This document shows positions 54,130-60,900 of a stretch of 60,900 nucleotides of DNA, one piece after another. Position 1 is the first letter of the stretch; each line of letters begins with the position of its first letter. The translations under genes and the position numbers were made by a program. This DNA comes from an uncultured Clostridium sp. (GTDB taxonomy: Bacteria > Bacillota > Clostridia > TANB77 > CAG-508). Location: NCBI GenBank assembly GCA_964587175.1, contig CAZPKK010000003.1, forward strand, positions 1 to 60,900, in the 5' to 3' direction. The notes below the pieces were generated by a model. It was not told where the DNA came from. It did no database searches and saw nothing but the letters and a program-made list of their open reading frames with translations.

Positions 54130-56643
54130 ATGAGAGAATTGGCAGATGGCTCAATACGAATTGATACAAAAATAAATAATAAAGGTGCGGAACAAGGTTT
54201 GAATGAATTAAAACAGCTTGCTGATACTAAAGTAAAACAGTTAGAAAAAGGTGTTGCTAGTGCAGGAAATGAAGTAAATAAATTAAATCAAAAATTTACT
54301 GAAACATCACAAAAGCTGGCAGAGGTAGAAAATCAAATGGATGCAGTAGCAAATGAGGTAGCTGGAACATACAGCGACTTTCAGGGTGCAATGTCTGCGG
54401 ATGCTTGGGATACATTTATAACTGGTCAAATTAATGCAAACGCACAATATCAGCAGTTACAAAGTCAACAGATGAGTTTAGTTAATAAAGTAGAAGAGTA
54501 TTCACAGAAATTAGCTGCTGCAAAAAGCAATCAAGAGCAATTAAATTCATCATTAGAACTAGCAAAAAGTGAACAAACAAGTATTAATCAAAAAATAGCA
54601 GACTCAGATAATAAAACGAAGAGTCTATCAAACAATATGAAAAATGTCTCTAACAATACTAAAAAAGTTTCTACACATTCTTTAGGAATTTCAAATAGTA
54701 TAGGTAGTGCTGTCAAAAATTTAGCCAAATATGCTGTAGCTTTATTAGGCTTCCAAACTATATATAATATGTTAAAAAGCTCAGTAAGTGAATGGTTGAA
54801 TGGATCTAGTCAAGAAGCTCAACAATTACAAGCAGATATAACAAATTTAAAGAACAATATAGGCTCTGCATTAGCACCTGCAGTTCAAAGTGTTTTAAAT
54901 ATATTTTATAAAATTTTAGCTGTAGTAGGAGCAATAGTAAAAGCTTTTACTAGTATAAATATTTTTGCTAAAAATACAGCTAAAAGTTCTGCAAGTACAG
55001 CTACAAGCACAAAACAAACTAGTAATAATTTAGCTTCGTGGGATAGTCTTAACGTTTTAAATCAAGATTCTGACTCTGGTAGTAGTAGTGGCGATAGTAG
55101 CGTCGAGCCTACTGATTTAAGCTCTTTAATGTCGGAATACGAAGAACTTGCAGAAAAGATAAAAGACATTTTTTCAACTGTATTAGACCCATTTAAACAG
55201 GCTTGGGAGACAACAGGACAAACAGTTATAGATGCAATGTATAATGCTTTATATGGAGTGAAAAGTTTAATTTTAGCAATTGGAAGTAGTTTTGAAAAAA
55301 TATGGACTAATGGAACAGTTCAAACTACTATAGAATTAATTCTTAATTTGTTTGCGGATATACTTAATATCATAGGAAATATATCAAGAGCTCTTGCAGA
55401 TGCATGGAACAATAACAACAACGGAGACCAATTAGTTCAAAATTTAGCAAATGCATTTAACAATTTGTTATATATTGTAGAAAGTGTATTTAAAACCTTT
55501 GAAGAGTGGACAAGTAGTGAAAGTTTCCAAACTTTTGCAAATTCTTTTATAGAAATATGCAAAACTTTATCAGAATGGATTGAACTAATTACAGCAAAAT
55601 TAAAAGAAATTTGGGAAAATGGTGGACAAGAGACTTTTACAAAACTTTTAGAATTCATTTCTAAATTAACTGAAGCAATAAGTGTAATCCTTGACTTTTT
55701 ATCTCCTGTTATTGAATATATTTTAGACATTGTAACACCTATCATTTCAGGAATTGTTACAGCTATTGGATATGTAATAGATGCACTATCAGGAGTGTTG
55801 GATTTTATAATAGGAATATTTACAGGGGACTGGGAAAGAGCATGGCAAGGCATATCTGATTTTTTTACTGGAATTTGGAATGCAATAAAAACTATAATAG
55901 AAACTATTTGGAATGCAATAGTAAGTATTATAGAAACTGCCATAAATCTAATAAAAACAGTAATAACGACAGTATTTAATGCTATATCCACAGTAATAAG
56001 CACTATATGGAATGCAATCAAAAGCACAGTTTCATCTGTGTGGAATGGAATTACAAGCACAATAAGTAGTGTAGTAAATACAATAAAAACAACAATAAGT
56101 AATGTATTAAATTCAGTAAAAAGTACTTGGAGTAGTATTTGGACTAGTATAAAGACTACTGTAACTAATATATGGAATAGTATTTGGAGTTCTATTAAGT
56201 CTGTAATAAATTCAATTTTAGCAGGTATAGAAAGTTTTGTAAACGGAATTATTAAAGGAATAAATAAAGTTCTAAGTGCAATAAGCAGTGTAGCAAATGC
56301 TGTAGGTAGCTTGATAGGTTTAAGCCCAATTAGTTTACAGCTAAGCACTATTTCTCTACCTCGTTTAGCAAAAGGTGGTATTGTAAATCAACCAACTCAA
56401 GCTATAGTTGGTGAGGCTGGAAAAGAAGCAATTCTTCCTCTGGAAAACAATACAGAATGGATGGATACACTTGCCGAAAAAATAGCTAATATTCTATTAA
56501 GTAGTTCTGATAATGATAGTGGTAGAGATATTACAATTAATTTTGATGGAACTCTTTCTCAGTTAATTAGAATTTTAAAACCAGAGTTAGATAAAGAAAG
56601 CACTAGAAAAGGTGATAAATTGATAATAGGAGGTACCTCATAA
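54130..56643 (+). CDS. Tape measure protein
   Basis: The protein is 837 aa and coiled-coil. It carries a long run of periodic W-containing repeats (IWNAIKT.., TIWNAIKS.., SVWNGITS..). Confidence 0.92.
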   Translation: MRELADGSIRIDTKINNKGAEQGLNELKQLADTKVKQLEKGVASAGNEVNKLNQKFTETSQKLAEVENQMDAVANEVAGTYSDFQGAMSADAWDTFITGQINANAQYQQLQSQQMSLVNKVEEYSQKLAAAKSNQEQLNSSLELAKSEQTSINQKIADSDNKTKSLSNNMKNVSNNTKKVSTHSLGISNSIGSAVKNLAKYAVALLGFQTIYNMLKSSVSEWLNGSSQEAQQLQADITNLKNNIGSALAPAVQSVLNIFYKILAVVGAIVKAFTSINIFAKNTAKSSASTATSTKQTSNNLASWDSLNVLNQDSDSGSSSGDSSVEPTDLSSLMSEYEELAEKIKDIFSTVLDPFKQAWETTGQTVIDAMYNALYGVKSLILAIGSSFEKIWTNGTVQTTIELILNLFADILNIIGNISRALADAWNNNNNGDQLVQNLANAFNNLLYIVESVFKTFEEWTSSESFQTFANSFIEICKTLSEWIELITAKLKEIWENGGQETFTKLLEFISKLTEAISVILDFLSPVIEYILDIVTPIISGIVTAIGYVIDALSGVLDFIIGIFTGDWERAWQGISDFFTGIWNAIKTIIETIWNAIVSIIETAINLIKTVITTVFNAISTVISTIWNAIKSTVSSVWNGITSTISSVVNTIKTTISNVLNSVKSTWSSIWTSIKTTVTNIWNSIWSSIKSVINSILAGIESFVNGIIKGINKVLSAISSVANAVGSLIGLSPISLQLSTISLPRLAKGGIVNQPTQAIVGEAGKEAILPLENNTEWMDTLAEKIANILLSSSDNDSGRDITINFDGTLSQLIRILKPELDKESTRKGDKLIIGGTS

Positions 56644-56644
56644 T

Positions 56645-57040
56645 ATGGCTGATGATATTTTTTGGAGCGATTTTTTGACCATAGATGGAGAAAAATATAA
56701 TATAAAAGTAAAAATAGGATTAAAAAGAGCAGCAGACTTTTTAGATAAATATGCTAATAGAGTGGAAAGCGGAGACCTTCAAAGAGAATTAATTGGAGTA
56801 TATTTTAATTATAGTAATATAAACTTTGAAAAACAAAATGATGCCAATTATTCTGAATATGAGAGACTATACGATAAGCTAAGCGAGGCGGAGGAATTTC
56901 ATGATATTAATGTTGCAGGTTTTGAGTTTAGAGCGTATTTTTCTAATATTTCAGACGAGATGTATAGATATAAAGATGGTAAACCATACTTCAAAAACTT
57001 AACTGTTAATTTTACAGCAAAAAAACCTGCAAGGAGTTGA
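56645..57040 (+). CDS. Tail-associated protein
   Basis: The gene lies directly after the tape measure gene. Confidence 0.45.
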   Translation: MADDIFWSDFLTIDGEKYNIKVKIGLKRAADFLDKYANRVESGDLQRELIGVYFNYSNINFEKQNDANYSEYERLYDKLSEAEEFHDINVAGFEFRAYFSNISDEMYRYKDGKPYFKNLTVNFTAKKPARS

Positions 57041-57047
57041 TAAATGA

Positions 57048-58523
57048 ATGAAAACTAATGCGAAAATTTCTTTTAGACTAATAGATGTTACAGCTAAGTC
57101 AGATAGTATATTAAGCGTAAATGATAAACAAGATTTTGTAGATTTAGACGATTTGAAGTCAGATGAAGTAACAGAAATAAAATATGGAACATTAGAAAAA
57201 AATCAATTTGCATTGGATGGGACTTTTGAACTGATGCCAGATACTTTAAGTAATATGTGTTTGTGGAGTAAGAGTATGTCAAACGAAAATTGCAACTTTG
57301 AAACTCCTTTAACATTAGAAATCAATTTTACAGAAACTCATAGCAGTCCAGGTATTACTTTCTTGTTTAGTAAGGCAGGAGATTATTGTAATAATTTAAA
57401 TATAAAATATTACGACGACGAAGATACTTTAATTAGTGATGTTAATTTCAAGCCAAATTCATATGAGTATATTGCTAGTAATATTGTTGAAAATTTTAAG
57501 AAAATAATAATAACTTTTTATAGCACTAATAATCCATACAGATATTTAAAATTATATAAAATTTTGTATGGCTATGAAAAAGTCTTTAATGAAGATACTC
57601 TTATGAGTGCTAATTTGATAGAAGAAACTGATTTTATTAGTTCTGAATTAAGTATAAATACTTTAGATTTTGAAGTATATTCAGAAGACGATGATTTTAA
57701 TATTATTAATCCAAAAGGTGTATATAATGTACTTCAAGAAAGACAAAAAATAGAAGTAGTAGAAGAGCTGTTAGCAGAAAATAAAGAAATAAAAATGGGA
57801 ACATTTTATTTAGACACATGGACCAGTGAAAAAGACAACTTAATGAAATTTTCTGCAATCGATTTAATAGGATTGTTAGATAAAACAACATTTTATGGTG
57901 GATTTTATGAAAATATATATTTTGAAGATTTAATAGAAGAAATAATGACATCTGCAGGTTTTACAGAAGAAGATTATGAAATACAAGAAGAATTAAAATC
58001 TATTATTATAAACGGTTATCTTCCTGTTTGTACACACAGAGAAGCTCTACAACAAGCCGTTTTTGTAGCATGTGCTATTGTAGATAATTCTAGGGGAGAC
58101 ATAATAAAAATTTATAGATTAGATAGTAAAACAGACGTTAAAACATTTAATAGTGAAAATATTTTTGAATCAACTAGAGAAACTAGTAGAATGGATGTTG
58201 TAACTGGTGTTTCTTTAACAATACATAAATATGAACAACCAGAAACGCCAGAGGCTTTTACTAAAGGTGATCTGGAAGAGGTAGCTTCTGCTATAGTCAT
58301 ACTCGGAAAGAATATAATAGTTTTTGATGAACCTATTATTTCTGAGATTCTTCTTGTTGACCTTACAATAGCAACATCTTCAACTTCTGAAACTACAGAC
58401 GGTAGAAGTATTTTAGTTGATTCGAATTGTAATAGTGCAACGATATTTTTAAGTGCAGAATACGCTGGAGAGCAGATGGCTTTAGTTATGGCACAGGAGG
58501 CTTACTTATCACAATATCGGTGA
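57048..58523 (+). CDS. Tail/baseplate structural protein
   Basis: The protein is 491 aa and lies in the distal tail block. Confidence 0.55.
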   Translation: MKTNAKISFRLIDVTAKSDSILSVNDKQDFVDLDDLKSDEVTEIKYGTLEKNQFALDGTFELMPDTLSNMCLWSKSMSNENCNFETPLTLEINFTETHSSPGITFLFSKAGDYCNNLNIKYYDDEDTLISDVNFKPNSYEYIASNIVENFKKIIITFYSTNNPYRYLKLYKILYGYEKVFNEDTLMSANLIEETDFISSELSINTLDFEVYSEDDDFNIINPKGVYNVLQERQKIEVVEELLAENKEIKMGTFYLDTWTSEKDNLMKFSAIDLIGLLDKTTFYGGFYENIYFEDLIEEIMTSAGFTEEDYEIQEELKSIIINGYLPVCTHREALQQAVFVACAIVDNSRGDIIKIYRLDSKTDVKTFNSENIFESTRETSRMDVVTGVSLTIHKYEQPETPEAFTKGDLEEVASAIVILGKNIIVFDEPIISEILLVDLTIATSSTSETTDGRSILVDSNCNSATIFLSAEYAGEQMALVMAQEAYLSQYR

Positions 58524-58530
58524 AAATGAA

Positions 58531-59061
58531 ATGTATTATTACGTAAACCACAAGATAGATGAATATAATTATGTTGTTGATGTGGTTGCACCTGGAACAC
58601 TAGTTTTTGATAGGTATAATGTTGATTTACAAAACTTTACTGTAACATCTCAAAATGATTTTTTTATTGATGAAGAAGTAAAATACATAGAGCCTGAGAT
58701 AGAAGTAAAGTTATATGCATTTAAGTATAATCATTACACAACAGATTATCAGGCCAATGCTACCAATATAAAAAACACGAAGGGAGACAATGTGCTAAAG
58801 GTCGAAGAATCGTATTTAATAAATAAAAATAATGTAAGAGAGATAGCACAACACATTTTAGATTACTACAATTCTACTTTTAAAGATGAATTTCAAATTA
58901 TATTAAAAGATGAAAGTTTAGCAGATGTTACAGAAGCTAATACTAAATTTGAACAGAAACTAAAGGGAAATATAAGTAAATTAGATATAGATTTAGCTGG
59001 TGGTTTTTTAGCAGATGTAACAACAATAGCTAAAATAGAGGAGGCAGATGAAAATGGATGA
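58531..59061 (+). CDS. Tail/baseplate protein
   Basis: The call rests on position only. Confidence 0.45.
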   Translation: MYYYVNHKIDEYNYVVDVVAPGTLVFDRYNVDLQNFTVTSQNDFFIDEEVKYIEPEIEVKLYAFKYNHYTTDYQANATNIKNTKGDNVLKVEESYLINKNNVREIAQHILDYYNSTFKDEFQIILKDESLADVTEANTKFEQKLKGNISKLDIDLAGGFLADVTTIAKIEEADENG

Positions 59062-59521
59062 TTTAATTTTTGATAGAACCTTAAGTGATGTTGAAGAGGC
59101 TTTAAGTAATCCAGATTCATCTACTTTTCTAAAAGGAGCATATAATTATACTGACTTAAATAGAATAGAAATTTGGTGTGAATATTTGCAAGAAAAGTTA
59201 AAAGAATATGGATTTAACGAAAATTTAGAAATAAAGAATAATTGGAGTATGACAGATTTTATAACAAGAACAGAAATAGATAGAATAAGAAACAATATTG
59301 ATATTTTGAAGAATTTTTGTTATGCATTAGAAACTGAAGAAATAGAATATGACAATACAATGAATTATACAAAAGCAAATATAATTGAAAAGATATTATA
59401 TGAAATTAACGAACATTTAAAAAACTTATCTAAACAGATAAATTTGTCTGAGCAGATAGGCTTTTTTATTGTTAAGAAAAAATATATACATTTAGATGTA
59501 ATAAATGTAGGAGAGGAGTAG
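59048..59521 (+). CDS. Tail/baseplate protein
   Basis: The call rests on position only. Confidence 0.45.
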   Translation: MKMDDLIFDRTLSDVEEALSNPDSSTFLKGAYNYTDLNRIEIWCEYLQEKLKEYGFNENLEIKNNWSMTDFITRTEIDRIRNNIDILKNFCYALETEEIEYDNTMNYTKANIIEKILYEINEHLKNLSKQINLSEQIGFFIVKKKYIHLDVINVGEE

Positions 59522-59523
59522 AG

Positions 59524-60306
59524 ATGGCTTTCGGTACAATGTATTTAACATCTGCAGGAGCAAGTTTAGCAGCAAAAACTTTAGAGTCAAAAAACATAGA
59601 AATAACAAAATTTTCTGTAGGAAGTGGAACTTTGAGTGACAGTTCTGTTGAAACAATAAAAGATCTAACTAATTTAATAAATTTTATTCAAAGTTTTGAA
59701 ATAACTAAAATTGAAAAAAGTACGGATACACAAGTAACAGTAAAAGGTCTTTTTCAAAATTCTGAGATTGTAACAGATTTTTATTTAAAAGAATTAGGTT
59801 TGTATGCAAAAGATACAGAAACAGAAGAAGAAATATTATTTGCATATATGAATTATGGAGATGAAGCTGAACATATAAATACACCGGATACTTTAAAGCA
59901 AGAGATTTATTTTGAAACATTAATAAGTATAGGAAACGCAGACAACGTAATAATAACTACAGAAAAAACATCTATATATGTAACAGAAAAAGATTTAGAA
60001 GAGCGAACTACTATACAGCAAGCAACTATAACGCTAAACAGCACAGTTAATGCAAATGAAGATTATACTTTGCCTTCTGAAATGTATTATCAAGTAGGCA
60101 ATGATAGCTTAGAAGTAAATTATTGCTCTAGCAAATTAATAAAAGGACAAGACTACATTGAAGTTGGAAATGACGGAGAAGTATCTAATACAATCCAATT
60201 TTTGGACAGCATAGGCGATTTAGATATGTCTGACGTAGAAGGGTTTGAAGATTTTGAAGAAACTTTAGAATTTATAGTAAGGGGGGAATACGATAGTGAT
60301 AATTAA
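59524..60306 (+). CDS. Tail fibre protein (tail-collar fibre N-terminal type)
   Basis: The N-terminus TSAGASLAAKTLESKNIEITKFSVGSGTL resembles phage tail-collar fibre proteins. Confidence 0.55.
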   Translation: MAFGTMYLTSAGASLAAKTLESKNIEITKFSVGSGTLSDSSVETIKDLTNLINFIQSFEITKIEKSTDTQVTVKGLFQNSEIVTDFYLKELGLYAKDTETEEEILFAYMNYGDEAEHINTPDTLKQEIYFETLISIGNADNVIITTEKTSIYVTEKDLEERTTIQQATITLNSTVNANEDYTLPSEMYYQVGNDSLEVNYCSSKLIKGQDYIEVGNDGEVSNTIQFLDSIGDLDMSDVEGFEDFEETLEFIVRGEYDSDN

Positions 60307-60808
60307 ACAGATTTTAAATAAATTGAAAAACATATATCCAGTTGGCTCAATTTATATGAGTGTAAATAATACAAACCCAACAACTTTGTTTGGAGGAACT
60401 TGGGAGCAAATAAAAGATACATTTTTACTAAGTGCAGGAGATACCTATAGTGCAGGAACAACAGGAGGAGAAGCAACACACCAATTAACGAGCTCAGAAA
60501 TGCCTTCACATACGCATAGCTTTACAACAGGAACTACATCACTAACTGGTTCAGTACAGAGTAATGGACTAAATGCATCTGAGGGAACTGGATTTTTTAA
60601 TACAGCAAGTGGAATTATCAGTAGAAATAGTGCTGGTTCAGGTTATTATGATAATACAGACAGAGTTTCTTTGGATAATATGAACAATAGATTAACAATA
60701 GATGCAAGTCACAATCATACAGGTATAACAAATAGTACAGGGGCAGGAAATGCTCATAATAATTTGCCTCCATACTTGGTTGTATATGTATGGAAAAGAG
60801 TATCTTAA
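60296..60808 (+). CDS. Phage tail collar domain protein
   Basis: YPVGSIYMS...LFGGTWEQI...GGEATHQLTSSEMPSHTHSF is the tail-collar (MdpB-like) signature. Confidence 0.75.
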   Translation: MIIKQILNKLKNIYPVGSIYMSVNNTNPTTLFGGTWEQIKDTFLLSAGDTYSAGTTGGEATHQLTSSEMPSHTHSFTTGTTSLTGSVQSNGLNASEGTGFFNTASGIISRNSAGSGYYDNTDRVSLDNMNNRLTIDASHNHTGITNSTGAGNAHNNLPPYLVVYVWKRVS

Positions 60809-60827
60809 AATAGAAAGGAGAAAAAAT

Positions 60828-60900
60828 ATGAAAAGTCCAAAAACCTTGAGGCTGTACACACACACACACACACACACTTATATCTAATCTAATGAAGAAA
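60828..60900 (+). CDS. 5' end of a tail-distal gene interrupted by a dinucleotide repeat
   Basis: A strong SD (AAAGGAG) precedes ATG 60828. With 11 AC units the frame stops at 60885-60887. The +1 frame stays open to the window end. Confidence 0.35.
60856..60877 (+). repeat. (AC)11 microsatellite
   Basis: There are 22 nt of perfect AC dinucleotide repeat. Confidence 0.95.

Noticed and set aside
55437-56348. A 303-aa antisense ORF inside the tape measure gene. Many other antisense ORFs appear in the track, for example 5323-5796, 13362-13802, 21790-22236, 29433-29783, 45054-45731 and 47862-48272.
   Set aside because: They lie opposite strongly supported genes, lack SD sequences, and have low-complexity hydrophobic compositions typical of the reverse strand of AT-rich coding DNA.
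60618-60877. Two reverse-strand ORFs starting MCVCVCV at the window end.
   Set aside because: They are artefacts of translating the (AC)11 tract and the antisense of the tail-collar gene.

Overview
This is an AT-rich chromosome segment from an endospore-forming Firmicute with Clostridia-type gene content (gpr, spoVS, ytfJ, T-box ileS). The genus cannot be assigned without a database search.

Positions 1 to ~30.7 kb are host backbone:
- an MBL hydrolase, a relic of rdgB, and a NUDIX hydrolase
- T-box(Ile)::ileS, tRNA-Ser, murB, and a divergent membrane-anchored yvcK-like gene
- a frameshifted glycogen-debranching enzyme and a frameshifted ruvC
- holA, a FAD oxidoreductase, and gpr
- a rhamnose-type cell-wall polysaccharide locus: a GT2 gene split at a G10 tract, a GT61/DUF563 gene, rfbA, fused rfbC-rfbD, rfbB, and an ABC-2 exporter
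- ymdB, spoVS, an orphan peptide-binding protein, recA-recX, scpA, ytfI/ytfJ-like genes, and two divergent tRNA-Gly(UCC) genes

From ~30.7 kb to the window end lies a siphovirus-like prophage of at least 30 kb, integrated next to the second tRNA-Gly. In order it carries:
- int, two small promoter-terminator units, a long MazF-fold protein, a Zn-ribbon membrane protein, and a cI-like repressor
- cro-like and xis-like genes and a homing HNH endonuclease
- a YqaJ/DUF1351/RecT recombination module that carries a spoVS paralog
- a DnaD-like replisome organiser, a RuvC-like gene, an HNH gene, and a late regulator
- terS, terL, portal, MuF-type head protein, scaffold, and capsid
- connectors, tail tube, chaperones, tape measure, and baseplate/fibre genes

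The most interesting observations are:
1. An accessory cassette in the lysogeny module: an oversized MazF-fold protein with no protein antitoxin and a convergent small RNA unit.
2. A second small RNA unit whose terminator loop is a perfect 14-nt complement of the leader of the xis-like early gene.
3. A phage-borne spoVS copy inside the recombination operon.
4. Simple-sequence tracts (G10 and (AC)11) sitting exactly at reading-frame breaks of a surface glycosyltransferase and a tail-end gene.
5. A lambda pR'-tR'-like promoter-terminator unit in front of the packaging genes.

Caveat: I count eight single-nucleotide frame breaks in otherwise well-conserved genes, plus the (AC)11 case. Assembly indel error is a serious alternative for all pseudogene and phase-variation readings. 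All homology calls come from memory of protein families. Hairpins and repeats were found by eye, and no searches or folding were run.
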